A stretch of 64,000 nucleotides of DNA from Macrostomum lignano (GCA_002269645.1 NIVC01004013.1:1-64000); one strand, 5' to 3'. Positions 27,535-42,490 are shown, counted from the first letter of the stretch. Notes: generated by a model not told the origin, from the sequence alone. A program made the numbers and translations.

Positions 27535-28130
27535 ACCCCCACCTCCTTTCCTACCCCAACCCCACCTCCTTTCCTACCCCCAAACCCCCACCTCCTTTCT
27601 TACCCCAACCCCACCTCCTTTCCTACCCCCAACCCCACCTCCTTTCCTGCCCCAAACCCCCACCTCCTTTCTACCCCAACCCCACCTCCTTTCCTACCCC
27701 CAACCCCACCTCCTTTCCTGCCCCCAAACCCCCACCTCCTTTCTACCCCAACCCACCTCTTTTCCTACCCCAAACCCCCACCTTCTTTCCTACCCAAACC
27801 CCCACCTCCTTTTCTACCCCAAACCCCACCTCCTTTCTACCCCCAACCCACCTCTTTTCCTACCCCCAAACCCCCCACCTTCTTTCCTACCCCCAAACCC
27901 CCACCTCCTTTCTACCCCCAACCCACCTCTTTTCCTACCCCCAAACCCCCACCTTCTTTCCTACCCCCAAACCCCCAACTCCTTTTCCTACCACCAAACC
28001 CCCACCTCCTTTCCTACCCCAAACCCCCACCTCCTTTTCTACCCCCAAACCCCCACCTCCTTTCCTACCCCCAAACCTCCACCTCCTTTCCTACCCCCAA
28101 ACCCCACCTTCCTATTCCAACCCCTTCTTT
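27535..28130. repeat. C-rich minisatellite (CCCCACCTCCTTTCCTACCCC variants)
   Basis: Direct reading. Confidence 0.92.
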
Positions 28131-30188
28131 TCTTACCCTAACTCCCGCCTTTCCTACCCCGACCCGTCACTGCTACCATAAACTCCGTCGGCTCTCTTCC
28201 AATCGCAACTCAACCTCACTACTTTTTTTCTAACCAAAATTATGGATGAAGGAATTCATCCATGACCAAAACAAATGATATTTACTAGTTGCATGGGTGA
28301 TTGGTAACTTTTTCATTGGTTTGCCTTTTCAACCGATGCTTACTTTTGTTATTTGTTATCAACCATCTATCACTAAAATAAAATACATTGGCAACTTAGC
28401 TTGCCTTTGAAAATTAGAGCTCCCAGCGACTCCAGTACGCTTTCACTGCTTAACTAGTACTAGTACGTACAGACACAGTGCATTAAAAATGTAGATTATT
28501 TGCTAATCTCTCTAATCCACTGACAAAGTTTCACCCGAAGGATTGTTCAGGGGGGTTTGTAATAAAAGCATCCTGCGTATTTTCTCCGCTGCTGCTCCCA
28601 GACTATTCCACCAAAACTTCATCCCAAAAGCGAATTCTGAACTAGAAAAACGTCTGACTCAACTAAGTGAGGACATCAACAGGGGATTACCGACCGAGCC
28701 TTTTAACATCCGACAGCGCTAATCTTTCAACAAAAGCTTGCAACGTTAATCCTCTCTCTCTTACCGGATCCCCAGTAAGCAGTCACAACCCCTACGGATT
28801 AACGATCAAGTATTGTATATACTACCTTTGTAAGTTATAGTTCAAGAAAGTCCACAGAATAGAGTATAGGACAGTTAATTGCTAGCAGATTGACTACCAA
28901 ATTATTGCGTAACAAACATCCAGAAGTACACTAGAAAAGTACATTTTTTAGCGTCAACTAAGAGGGAAATAATGATAACTGTGTTAGGCCAAATAAATAT
29001 TTTAAGCACTCGTATTTCAGCAGTTATTCAACTCTGCAACATACCAACCAATCTACCATTGTCACACAACCGGCGAGAGGCATTGCTGCCCATTCCGCCG
29101 ACTCCCCTGAGCAGGCACACAATCGCGCGGATACGTACGCAGTACGTCATACGCACAGGCACACACTCACACAGGAGTGTACAGCGGCCCTAACTTTATT
29201 TATCGTTAGGCATGTACACTTCACTGTGCCTATGGGTTGGCCCGCTTAACTCTTTTTTTATCTCTACCTTCGGCTTGGCCTACCAACAACTTCCAATTGA
29301 TCTTTGGCATCTCAGCAAGCCTCCCCAGCAGGCACAGCGTTTCAGCAATCACGGCATAAGTCTTGATATCTCACGCCGCAACTCTCTTCTCGTATCTTCA
29401 TCTTAGCAGCATCTCAGCCCAGAGCACAAGACCACTAAGCTACAGCCCCCCCCCCTAAGTCAGGGTCCTGACTTAGTAGCACAGTAAGAGTTCACAAGAT
29501 GTCATCGAAGGTGACAGGCCACGGGTTGCCAGATCCCCATATTGCAACTAACCAAATGCATGTAAAACATCGCAAAGCCTCTTGCCTGCAGGTCCGCCTT
29601 CTGCCACTCCACACAAGCGAGCTCTCATGAATTCAAAGTCACGCCGAGAAAAACTCAATAATAGACACCGGCTTAGGGAGGGGGACATGTATGCGGTGCC
29701 GCTTATGCATAGGAGCTCCTATAGATATAGAGACCGCATCCTGAGCACTGTAAATAATGCATGCAGCTTGCAAGATGCTGAGCACCAACCCACCACTCCC
29801 GACTTGCTTGCTGCGTCATTAATCTTGCAGCTCAGGCCAAGGGGGACGGCGGGGACCATCGATCTCCCTTCCAGCCTCCTTCGCTCGCTGATCCCCTCGC
29901 TGACAACGGGGAAGCTGCCGCTGCCTCTCACTGTTCAAACAGAGTCTGAAGGTCTTCCGTTCGATGGCCGCGGCAGGTTCCGTGTCTCTCAATCACCCCT
30001 CCCCCCCGCGCCTCATCTGCTGGTTTCATCTCTCGACTCAAGGAACAGCTTTGCTATCTGATAATAATTGACTTTGCCGCACAGCCTCGATCGATTCTAT
30101 CGCTTCATCTTCAATGAGAAAAAGTTCTCAGTGAAAGGCCAATGAACTCAGGGAAATTGAAGGTGACGCAGGCACAAAGTGACAAGAG

Positions 30189-30745
<557 letters not shown>

Positions 30746-31520
30746 GAAAAGCGAGTGACTCATCCCTTTCCCCTATCCCTTCTCGCTGCAACTGTCTGCT
30801 TAAGTAACTTCGCATCCTGGAAGCCCACTTACCCCCCTAGTTTCCCGTCACCGCTGCCCTCGAGGAGCAGATCTCAGGCAGTGGCCCGTGTTATCTGCCA
30901 TCCACCTACAATACTTGGTCTCCCGGACAGTTGGGAAAGCTTGCTCCAAAAAATGTCTCTTCATTCATGTTGACTGCAGTTTTGATATTTTCATTCTTTA
31001 GTGTGGTAGCCGCACAATGGGCTGAGGAACTGAATGCGGGGCGGGCTTGTCGGAGGAGGAGGGCTGGATCTGATCAGGAAGCAGGATTTTTCTTGGATAA
31101 AATTAGGAGAAAGCATTAAAGCATTTCATGCTTGATGACCATCTGATTGCAAAAAAGGCAGTCACCTCCACGGATGCCCTTAATTTCTCACAGTCATACA
31201 AGGTGTACACTCACTGTGCCCTGGCTCAATCCAATTTTTGAGGAACATTTCTGTCGACTAAAAGCGCTCACAGCAGATCTCCCGATGCCACTCCCAGAAG
31301 CCATTCTTAGATGCAAAAATAACAGAAGACCTGACGAAGGACAGCAATAGGCAATTTGTTTAATGCGCCCGACTGACTGCCCGCATGGCTCCACCCTGCG
31401 CCACTGTCTTTCTAATCTCACCGCTCTCGACATACAAACAGCTGATTTCACAATCAATATGACCTGAGTTTGTTAACGCGTTTTAACGATGCTAGATATT
31501 GTCGATTGACTAGACCATTC

Positions 31521-31955
31521 CCGCACACCCGTGAGTGCTCCAGTCATTGCCGCACACCTGTGAGTGCTCCAGTCATTGCCGCACACCTGTGAGTGCTCCA
31601 GTCATTGCCGCACACCTGTGAGTGCTCCAGTCATTGCCGCACACCTGTGAGTGCTCCAGTCATTGCCGCACACCTGTGAGTGCTCCAGTCATTGCCGCAC
31701 ACCTGTGAGTGCTCCAGTCATTGCCGCACACCTGTGAGTGCTCCAGTCATTGCCGCACACCTGTGAGTGCTCCAGTCATTGCCGCACACCTGTGAGTGCT
31801 CCAGTCATTGCCGCACACCTGTGAGTGCTCCAGTCATTGCCGCACACCTGTGAGTGCTCCAGTCATTGCCGCACACCTGTGAGTGCTCCAGTCATTGCCG
31901 CACACCTGTGAGTGCTCCAGTCATTGCCGCACACCTGTGAGTACTCCAGTCATTG
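31521..31955. repeat. 29-bp tandem repeat x15 (CCGCACACCTGTGAGTGCTCCAGTCATTG)
   Basis: 435 bp = 15 units, nearly identical, no spacers. Confidence 0.97.
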
Positions 31956-32519
31956 CCGCGCACTTATCCCTACACAGGAGAACTTTATTTGACAATATCT
32001 TTACTTTCCGAGCTTCCAAATTCCCAAATTGAACGAATATATTCAAAACTGTTCTTTCTGTGGCCTTGGTTGAGAGCTAAGACAACTGATAACTCCCTAT
32101 CTCACTACTACAGTTTAACTTTAGCTGTCCAATGTCCATTTTTCAGTATTGAAGGTGAAGAATTCTACCAATGCGACTGATATGTGAGCACAATCTGCAG
32201 CCAAGCAACTGACCACGCAGTAGTCACTGCCAGTCAAAATTCTCCTTTTCATTGCTTGTTCAATTCTCCACAGGGCCATACCGCAGGAACACAGTCTGTT
32301 GGGTAGCCATTGTCCCTTAGTTGGCTGCCTAATGGAGCTTTGGGGTTGGCCTGGTTGAAATGAGCTTAACCAGCATTAATCGCTCCCTAACCCTTGCCGC
32401 TTGACGTGGACGAGTGACGGATGAAATTGGGCTGTTTACTCTTCATCTCTGTTCTGCTTTTTAGGAGCAATGCACGAACGGAATGAAAGCTGAGTTGAGT
32501 ACATGCAGAAGGGAGAGGG

Positions 32520-32815
32520 GATGGAAGGGGGTAATGGAGAGGAGTAGGGAATGAAGAGGGTAATGGAGAGAAGTAGGGAATGAAGAGGGTAATGGAGAGG
32601 AGTAGGGAATGAAGAGGGTAATGGAGAGAAGTAGGGAATGAAGAGGGTAATGGAGAGGAGTAGGGAATGAAGAGGATAATGAAGAGAAGTAGGGAATGAA
32701 GAGGGTAATGAAGAGAAGTTGGGAATGAAGAGGGCTGGTGCACGAATGAAGAGGGTAATGGAGAGAAGTAGAGAATGAAGAGGGTAAAGGAGAGGGAGAG
32801 GGAACGGGAAGAGAG
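32520..32815. repeat. Purine-rich 29-bp minisatellite (GAAGAGGGTAATGGAGAGGAGTAGGGAAT)
   Basis: Direct reading. Confidence 0.9.
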
Positions 32816-33514
32816 GACTGAGAGGAAAGTTTTATAGGCCTAGTCAGAGGAAAGTGGTTGCGGAGTTTCAGGAAGGGCGGCCGCTCGCACCGGGAGCAGG
32901 TGCGCACAGACTCTGCTTCATCTAATCAGCGACACTCCACTTATTTCATTAATCGCTTTGACAGGCTTGGCCGGGCTGTTGTGAGCCACGCGTGGCAGGG
33001 CTCTTTAGGGCGGAGGTTTGCTACAAAGAAATCGACTTCCGCAAAAATCCCAAAGGGACTCTGGGACAGATAAAACAGGGAAGATTGGGGGAAGGCACAA
33101 GGGAGTGACGAGAATTCCCTCATTTTCCACGCGGCCTGTTCCCTCTCCTCTTTCTCTCCTGCGTCCTTCAGCTTGCCTCGTCCGCTCGTTCGGGGCCACT
33201 TGAATTCCCGAGCGCTCGCAGCTCTTCACCCTGCCGTGTGCAACTGCTAATTTAACTGAGCAGAGTGCGAATTGGGACAAGGCGATAATTAGGCTTGGGG
33301 GGGGGAGGTGGCTGACAGGACTCAGCTGAGGCCCGGATCTTTTTTGCACTTCTTAATTGACCCCGCTGGTGCACGAGGTGAATGAATATCTAATCTACCG
33401 CGATCTTGATTGCACATGTACCTAATTAGGAATCTATCCAGGTTTGCGGTGTCAATTCCGTGTATAGGATGTTATAAATCGATTTATAACGGCTCGGAGT
33501 AAGTGCCACCTGAT

Positions 33515-33955
33515 TTAGGCTGGGTGCTGCTTGGTTTGGGGTGGGTGCTGCTTGGTTTATGGTGGGTGCTTGGTTTGGGGTGGGTGCTGCTTGGTTTGGG
33601 GTGGGTGCTGCTTGGTTTATGGTGGGTGCTGCTTGGTTTGGGGCGGGTGCTTGGTTTGGGGTGGGTGCTGCTTGGTTTGGGGTGGGTGCTTGGTTTGGGG
33701 TGGGTGCTGCTTGATTTGGGGTGGGTGTTTGGTTTGGGGTGGGGCTGCTTGGTTTGGGGTGGGTGCTTGGTTTGGGGTGGGTGCTGCTTGGTTTGGGGTG
33801 GGTGCTGCTTGGTTTGGGTGGGTGCTGCTTGGTTTGGGGTGGGTGCTGCTTGATTTGGGGTGGGTGTTTGGTTTGGGGTGGGTGCTGCTTGGTTTGGGGT
33901 GGGTGCTGCTTGGTTTCGGGTGGGTGCTTGGTTTGGGGTGGGTGCTGCTTGGTTT
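33515..33955. repeat. GT-rich 18-21-bp minisatellite (GGTTTGGGGTGGGTGCT[GCT]T)
   Basis: Direct reading. Confidence 0.92.
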
Positions 33956-34672
33956 TCGGTGTACACTATAGTTTCCAAGTGTTTTCAACTCTAAAAAAAG
34001 TAAATATTGTTTAGAACTAACATTTAGTAGCGTGCATGATCCAAAAGCGACTCAAAACTCGCTCAAAAAAGTAAAAGTCCAATTTATTTTGCCGGCACAA
34101 CACATACAGCTACCAGGCTAAGACAACATGCAAACGGTGAAGTGACTGCAGTTCACAATTCAGAGAAATAACCGTGAATGGATGCGGAGTCTGTGCACAG
34201 TGAGTAGTTGATACAGTCTGCAGTATAGTACACACACAGCGAAACAGATCAGCACAAAAGCAAATGATTGATAATATATAACAAAAAAATCAGAGAAAAT
34301 CTCTACTCAAGTACTCAGATCATATTTAATCGGTGTTAAAAAAACCAAGCCGATTATGCAAAGAATACAAGTGGTAACTCTTTGTGCGACTAAAATTATC
34401 TCCATGTGTGCAATAAGAACTTCCACAATTTCTAGGGATTCACAATTTTTCTCATTTTTCGAGTTAAATGAAGGAATTTCCATTTCAGATGCTACTTTCA
34501 GAACTCCACGAACGGGTTTCTAGGCTAAAGGCCGGTTTACATACCCCCTCCAGCTCTGCGGTTACAAGATTGCTCAAATCAATGCACAGTTGGTTCAGAC
34601 CTTTTTCAATGTGAATTGGACTTTTGAACACTTGGCTTTTGAGTTAGTACATTAGCTTGATAGAGTTGCATT

Positions 34673-34776
34673 AAACTGCTCAGAAACTGCTCAGAAACTG
34701 CTTAGCAACTGCTCAGCAACTGCTTAGCAACTGCTCAGCAACTGCTCAGCAACTGCTCAGCAACTGCTCAGCAACT
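34673..34776. repeat. 11-bp tandem repeat (AACTGCTCAGC)
   Basis: Direct reading, about 9 copies. Confidence 0.9.
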
Positions 34777-34965
34777 AAGCAGCATTATACTTAAGACTGG
34801 AACCGACTTAAAATGAAGTAAAATGTCACTTTTTCCGTTTACTATTGGACGAAATCGAAATGACTTTTTATGAACTTTTGCGACACTTAAGGGGGTTTCT
34901 CTGATGACGAATGTGAAGATTCTGGCTGCGATATTCCCGCACGGCTTCTACAGTAGGCAGCTCAC

Positions 34966-36680
34966 TCAGTCAGCGGCAATCTCGCCGTTCCACTCGAACG
35001 AGTGGTTCAAGTGCGCCGCAGCGACCGACGACGCTCCTCCGACGGGCTCGTCGCCACCGGCGAACTGCTCCGACCAGCAGGCCGCCGCCGGACCGGAAAT
35101 TGCCGCCGCCGACGATGCCGCAGCAGCAGCAGCAGCAGTTGCGGCCGAGGCCGAGGTAGAGGCGGACGCAGAGACGACTGTCCCACTCGTCGACCTCCAG
35201 CTATGCGGCCGCCGACAGTCGAGGCTCGCCGGCGTCTGCACAGTCCGGCGCTGCTGCACCGAGGTCAACGCGGCCGCTCGCTGCTGCTGCGGCTGCTGGC
35301 AGGTCGCCGATTCCAGCGTCAGGCTGAGCACCTGCGACAGACTGTCGGAGCTCATCTCCTTGTGACCGGAGTCCGGCGACACGTCGCCATTGTCGTCAAT
35401 GTCTAAAGAGGAGTCCTCCGGATGCTGCTGCTGATGCGGACGGACTCGCAGCGAAGCGTGAGGCGGCTGCTGGCCTGCGGAGCATCTGGGAGGCCGGGGA
35501 TGTCGAGGGAGTGTATAGATTACCTCTGAGGGTCATGGTCAGGCCCATTCCACTGGCACCTGAGCACTTACAAGGGTTCGTACGCAGACACACACTCAAC
35601 AAAGAGGGTGTACAGCAACCCCAACTTTGCCATTATCAGGCGTGTACAACACTCTGTGCCTTGTGGGTTGGTGCACATGGTCAAGTGCCTCAATTACCTG
35701 GGCTGTTGCAGCTCCAACTGCTGCTGATGCAGGCGCAGCTCCAGGGCCCGAGTCCGATGCACCAACTGGTTGAGGTGGTCCAGCAGGTCGCGGTTCTGGT
35801 CCAGCAGCCGTTGCGCTCTCGACTGAGCCTCGGTCCGGGCAGCCGACTCCGCGGCCAGCTGGTCGCGAAGCAGCTGCACTTCGGCAAGCGCGGTCTGGGT
35901 CTGCTGCGCCCGGTGCTCCAGCTGCTGCTGCATCAGTTGCCTGCTGTGCCGCCGCCAGAGCGCCGTCTGGCAGTCAAAGCTCTCGCTGGTGTCACCGCTG
36001 CCGTCGGCTGCCGCAGCGATCAGCTGATGCTGGAGCTCCTCCCAGCTCGGCGAAGTCTCGGTTGCCACCGAAACCATCGACTGCTGCGACTTTGACTGCT
36101 CCCGAGGCGACTTCCCCGATGCTGCCGCTGTCTCGGATTTGGATGAAGCTTTACCAGCATCCGCCTGCTGGGACCGCTGCTGCTGCAATAGCTGCTGCTG
36201 CTCCTTGGATGCCAGCGACAGCTGGTGGCAGATCTCGAAGGCCTGGCCAATGGTGCGCACGATGCGCACCGCTTGCACCTTCTTGGCGGCTTTGAACACG
36301 TTGCACTTGAACGCGTTCCGATGGCTGTCTCGGGCGATGTAGCTGAAAATCTTCAGGTCCTGCGAGTCGTGCGACACGTAGAAGATCCGGTAGATGGGGT
36401 GGTGCATGAGCAGCTGGCCGCAGCCCGGCCCGACGCCACCGCCCAGGCTGGCACCCTCGTGCCAGGGTTTGGGCGGTCGTTTAAAAATCAGACTGACGCC
36501 GTCCAACGAGATCGCGACGACCACCTTGCGCTTTTTGGCCGCCTTGGCTTTGAATTCGAATCGGACGCGACGCATCGCGGCAACAATTTCTGTGCGGCTC
36601 TGCGGCCTGGCCACGTCCATGCTGCCGATGTAGCGGGCCTCGTACTGGATGCCCCGGTGGAAGGCCTCCTCGGGATGCAT
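34966..36680 (-). CDS. NOS1AP: NOS1AP/CAPON (DYC-1-like) PTB-domain adaptor; exons 36680-35698 and 35485-34966
   Basis: EIVAAMRRVRFEFKAK, PIYRIFYVSHDSQDLKIFSYIARD and IVRTIGQAFEICHQLSL are near-identical to the NOS1AP PTB domain; coiled coil QLLRDQLAAESAARTEAQSR; phase-2 intron AG|GTAATT...CCTCCCAG; C-terminus GEIAAD. Confidence 0.92.
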
Positions 36681-38581
36681 CGGGTAGGCCTCCTCAGGTG
36701 TTTAGTCGTCTGACATGGCTGAGTGCGTTTCTTAAACACTTTAAACAGCGTGCTCTGCAGATTTTACCCGTGAAATGATGATGCGGTCACGAGGGTTGGG
36801 AGTGCGTGAGTTCCGGCAACTCTTAGCTGGACTCTTTGGTCAGTGCCGCAGCTCGAGACGATAGCGAGGAAGGAGCCAAGCGAGGAGGTTGCAGGAGGGG
36901 TTGCCCCTCTTGAATTGATTTTTTGTGCCGTTTAAGTCAAACAAAGCAACAAAGACTTTTGAAGTAGGGCTTTCAGACTAGCATTAAGTTGCCCTTATAA
37001 GAACTGCTAACAATGCATGCTTTGGAGAACTTTTTTTCAGCAATATTGAATGGGCAACACATAAACTGACGTTGCTTACAGAAATTGTTGATTGATGACG
37101 TCACGCCGATGCCTATATTGCTTGTTGCTTGGTTAGACCAGATTTTAGCTTGTAAAGGAGTTGTTCCCAACTATAGGCCTGCTGTAACTTTATACCGTTC
37201 TAAGCGAGAGACAGTGAGAGAAAAAGAGAAGGTCGAGAAAGAAAATGAAATTGCACTGGGCGTGCTGCCGGGATTGCGCGCAGGAGGCTGTGAAGGGCTT
37301 TGACACATCTCTCGCTGCCTCCCTCATCTGCCCCCCCCCCCCCAGACGCTCGTCGCCTCTCGCTCCCTATCTCCCCTATTTTCCCATTCGCCATTTGCGG
37401 AGCGGTCATTCAGCAAATCAGACACACGCAGAGCTCTGCACAGGCGGCAGCAGAGCAGGCCAAAGAAGTGCCTCCAACCGTCAGCCACCCCTACTAGGAG
37501 AGGAAATGAGTTTGGCGCCTGACACAGCCAGCCGCATAGGCGCATGGTGCAGCCTCTCGGCCATGCTCAATAGCCCTGTGTCACGCGCTGTCCGAGTCCC
37601 GCCAACCCCCGGCAAGAGACAACACCGGATGAATATGCGGAAGACACGGCAGCACGGGTGGGAATTCCCGCGGATCGAGAAGAAAACGCACGAGGCTGCT
37701 TATAGTCTCGCCGCAGCAGCTGATGATGGGATATATCTCCCCTAACCCCTGCCCCATGGGGAAATGAATTTTTTGACCACAGCACACCATTGCCACTGGC
37801 CAGTCATGGACATGCATGACCGACTGAATGAATATTTCCACTGCGGATTGGTCGATAGGAACAACCTAGTTCAATAAGAAGCAGAGAAGTGAGATGCTCC
37901 TATAGTTATTAATTCAGGGAATGTGTCCAGAAATTGGTGCCTCAGATATTCAATAACCATTACTGCCAGAAGGATGTAGCCAGGATCTTTATTAACTGCG
38001 TGCTTTTGGGCGGGGCGCCGTGTCAATTGGAGGGGCGCCAGCACCAGGGGCTTTAGCACCAGGGCGGCATATGCATTTGGTAGTTAATCTGGGGGGTGGG
38101 CGGCCCCTTCGCGTCGTCCTTGGTTCTCATTTCACTTGTCTCCTTTGTCCTTTCTTATTCCTATTCCTATTCTTATTTGGTTCTCAGCTCAGGGGCTGTT
38201 TAACAATTGAAAAGCACCCTATATATGAGCTCTTACCTATGCCTGTCCTTCTGTCTGAGTGATCAATGGCCTGCATCCGTAATGCGGCATGAAGCCAAGT
38301 CAAGCCAACCCTAAGGCGGTGGAAGTGTATTGATTAAAAATGCGGGCCTATGCAGCAAAGCACGAATTTATTGCCCATATAACAGAGCTACTTCGTACCT
38401 CTGACGCCATCTAACTGATTGGCCAGCAGTATATACTTGGAACTGTGTTAACTATTTAGGAAGTTATTGATCTTTAATAGGCACGGTAGTTGCTGGCCAC
38501 GGAGAACTAAAGTTTCTATAAAGTTAACAATATTTTATTTCTAGACAGGGAGATAGGGAATCTAGCACACGGCGGCACGCC

Positions 38582-39081
38582 TGAAGAGAGGAAGGGAGAG
38601 GGAATAAAGATGAGAGGAGAGGAGGGGAGAGGTGAGGAGAGGAGAGGAGAGGAAAGGAGAGGAGAGGAGAGGAGACGTGGACGCTGACGGCTACGCTGGA
38701 GCGGCAGCTGGACTCGGCGCACTCAGGTCTGCTCCGTGCGGCCTTTCGAGCTGACGAGAGCGTCGGGACCGAGGCCCTGTACGATCGGGCCAAGCTGCAG
38801 CGCCCGTCCACCATCCTGCGCCGACGGCGACTCCAACTGGCGGGCCACGTGATCCGGGTCGAGAGCTACTGCCCCCAACCCGTTCAGGATGTCCTGCTGC
38901 TCACCTTGCAGGGCCCGTTCAGGCGGGGTCAGGCCCGAACCCGTCGATACGTGGACTGCCTGCTGTGCGGCGCTGGGGCGCCCGACACTGCCAACGGAGC
39001 GGACTTTTTTCGCTCCCAGGCTCTGCGGCGCGCCATCTGACGCGCCCTGCTCTAACTGACTTGCTTGCGGGGCCGCGTATT

Positions 39082-39113
<32 letters not shown>

Positions 39114-39620
39114 GAGAGGAAAGGAGAGAGAGGAGAGGAGAAGAGAAAGAGAAGAGGAGAGGAGAGGAGGGGAGAGGAGAGGAGAGGAGAAGAGGTGAGG
39201 AGAAGAGGAGAGGAGAGGTGAGGAGAGGAGAGGAGAAGAGGAGAGGTGAGGTGAGGAGAGGAGAGGAGAGGAGAGGAGAGGAGAAGAGGTGAGGAGAGGT
39301 GAGGAGAGGAGAGGAAAAGAGGAGAGGAGAGGAGAGGTGAGGTGAGGTGAGGTGAGGAGAGGAGAGAAAGAAGAGAGAGGAGAGGAGAGGAGAGGAGAGG
39401 AGAGGTGAGGAGAGGAGAGGAGAGGTAAGGAGAGAAGAGAAAGAAGAGAGAGGAGAGGAGAGGAGAGAAGGAGAGAAGAGAATGGAGAGAGAGAGGAGAG
39501 GAGAGGAGAGGAGAGGAGAGGAGAGGAGAGGAGAGGTAAGGAGAGAAGAGAATAGAAAGAAGAGAGAGTAGAGGAGAGGAGAGAAGAGGAGAGGAGAGGA
39601 GAGGAGAGAGCTGAGAAGAG
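38582..39620. repeat. GA-rich simple repeat (GGAGA)n split by a LINE insertion
   Basis: Tracts at 38582-38671 and 39115-39620. Confidence 0.92.
38672..39114 (+). mobile_element. 5'-truncated RTE-like LINE, (GTT)n-tail family copy 2
   Basis: ETWTLTATLERQLDSAH...RRRRLQLAGHVIR...QGPFRRGQARTRRYVDCLL...* (stop at 39040); (GTT)n tail at 39081-39114. Confidence 0.9.
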
Positions 39621-40724
39621 ACACAAACCGTGAGCGGGCCGGATTGCTATTGTGAAGTTTCAAAGGACCCGAGGGCCGGATAGAAAGGCTTCACAGACCG
39701 CACGTGACCCGCAGGCGGAAGTTTGCCGACCCCTGGGCTAAACAATAAAAAGGATCTCGTACAGCGACCAAACCTCACTAGTTAATATCTCCCAAATGTA
39801 CTATTATCTCGACCCAATTCGTCTATGGTTCATCTTAAAATGGTTAGTCTATTTTAACGCAACGCAAAAATGCAAAAAATTCTGGCTTCATATGCAGATT
39901 CGGATGTCCAGAAGTTGAGATATTGTCTTTTGATTTTTCAGCACTAGATGTATTTTATTTTCTACAAAAACTGGGTCTCCAGCAAAATTAGCACGATTGG
40001 CGAGTGTAGCCCGCCAAAGAATTCTTATCAAAGTCCTTGTTGCTAATCGACCACGGAAACAGCCAACGACAGATATTAGAATAATTGCAAACCAAATCCA
40101 AGGCAGCCTCTATATTTATCCATCTATAGCCGCACAAGATTCTGAACTGTTCGCCTCTCAAAGAGCTCTGCAGCTACATCCAATCTCCCAGAAGCCTCAA
40201 GGGGATATAAGCTGCTGAGCTGCAATCCTGAAAGCGAGAGCTAGATAGATTAAACGAGAACAGAAACGACACACATACAGGGAGGCGAGACCGCCTCTGT
40301 CACCCAGTTTGCTCCGATTGTGCATTGATCTTTTCCTCCATCTCTCCGTCCCTTAACGGACTCAGGCTCCATATGCGAGTACAATACATGTGCAGTAGGC
40401 TGTGTTTACATTGGATCCCTGCATTATTATTAAATACTAAATTTTAACTCCATATAGTCATAAAAAACTTCAATAAACTACATTAAAAAGTTGTCGACTA
40501 AACTACGAGTACATACATAAACTATAGCAACCTGCGCCCCCCGTTGGGCAGGCAACAAAGAAAGAAATAAAAACTTTTAAATAAACTACATGTAGATTTT
40601 GATCTCGTACAGTCACTATTGGAAAATGATGTTTAAAGTAAAAGAAGCATCCGCCCTGAATGCCTGCTATCTGGCCTAAGATTTCAGCATTCTCTGTGAG
40701 CTCAAAGCATCTGAGTAACCCCCA

Positions 40725-42490
40725 TGAGCCACAGCATTTCAGCACTTACCCCATGAGCCTTGACATCTCAGCACTTACCCCATGAGCCTTGACATCTCAG
40801 CACTTACCCCATGAGCCTTGACATCTCAGCACTTACCCCATGAGCCTTGACATCTCAGCAATTACCCCATGAGCCTCGACATCTCAGCAATTCCCCAGTA
40901 AGCCTTGACATCTCAGCAATCCCCAGTAAGCCTTGACATCTCAGCAATTCCCCAGTAAGCCTTGACATCTCAGCAATTCCCCAGTAAGCCTTGACATCTC
41001 AGCAATTACCCCATGAGCCTTGACATCTCAGCTATTACCCCATGAGCCTTGACATCTCAGCAATTCCCCAGTAAGCCTTGACATCTGAGCAATTCCCCCA
41101 TGAGCCTTGACATCTCAGCAATTCCCCAGTAAGTCTTGACATCTCAGCAATTACCCCATGAGCCTTGACATCTCAGCTATTACCCCATGAGCCTTGACAT
41201 CTCAGCAATTCCCCAGTAAGCCTTGACATCTGAGCAATTCCCCCATGAGCCTTGACATCTCAGCAATTCCCCAGTAAGCCTTGACATCTGAGCAATTCCC
41301 CCATGAGCCTCGACATCTCAGCAATTCCCCAGTAAGCCTTGACATCTCAGCAATTCCCCAGTAAGCCTTGACATCTGAGCAATTCCCCCATGAGCCTCAA
41401 CATCTCAGCGATTCCCCAGTAAGCCTTGACATCTCAGCAATTCCCCAGTAAGCCTTGACATCTCAGCACTTACCCCATGAGCCTTGACATCTCAGCTATT
41501 ACCCCATGAGCCTTGACATCTCAGCAATTCCCCAGTAAGCCTTGACATCTGAGCAATTCCCCCATGAGCCTTGACATCTCAGCAATTCCCCAGTAAGCCT
41601 TGACATCTGAGCAATTCCCCCATGAGCCTCGACATCTCAGCAATTCCCCAGTAAGCCTTGACATCTCAGCAATTCCCCAGTAAGCCTTGACATCTGAGCA
41701 ATTCCCCCATGAGCCTCAACATCTCAGCAATTCCCCAGTAAGCCTTGACATCTCAGCAATTCCCCCATGAGCCTCGACATCTCAGCAATTCCCCAGTAAG
41801 CCTTGACATCTCAGCAATTCCCCAGTAAGCCTTGACATCTGAGCAATTCCCCCATAAGCCTTAACATCACAGCAATTCCCCGATAAGCCTTGACATCACA
41901 GCAATTCCCCGATAAGCCTTGACATCACAGCAATTCCCCAGTAAGCCTTGACATCTCAGCAATTCCCCAGTAAGCCTTGACATCTGAGCAATTCCCCCAT
42001 GAGCCTCAACATCTCAGCAATTCCCCAGTAAGCCTTGACATCTCAGCAATTCCCCCATGAGCCTCGACATCTCAGCAATTCCCCCATAAGCCTTGACATC
42101 TCAGCAATTCCCCGATAAGCATTGATATCTCAGCTTTTCCCCCATAAGCCTTAACATCACAGCAATTCCCCGATAAGCCTTGACATCACAGCAATTCCCC
42201 GATAAGCCTTGACATCACAGCAATTCCCCAGTAAGCCTTGACATCACAGCAATTCCCCAGTAAGCCTTGACATCTCAGCAATTCCCCCATCCCCATGAGC
42301 CTTGACATCACAGCAATTCCCCGATAAGCCTTGACATCTCAGCAATTCCCCCATCCCCATGAGCCTTGACATCACAGCAATTCCCCAGTAAGCCTTGACA
42401 TCTCAGCAATTCCCCGATGAGCCTTGACATCTCAGCAATGTCCACCATTAGCCTTGACATCTCAGCAATGTCCCCCATGAGCCATAGCAT
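40725..42490. repeat. ~27-bp minisatellite (GCCTTGACATCTCAGCAATTCCCCAGTAA variants), ~1.75 kb
   Basis: Direct reading. Confidence 0.95.

Noticed and set aside
29582-29780. CR1/L2 LINE 3' end (RLREGDMYAVP..RYRDRIL)
   Set aside because: Similarity is too short and weak to support by eye; a similar weak hint at 880-1030 (-) was also not called.
31521-31955. CRISPR array (29-bp repeats)
   Set aside because: Units are head-to-tail with no unique spacers, there are no cas genes, and the context is eukaryotic.
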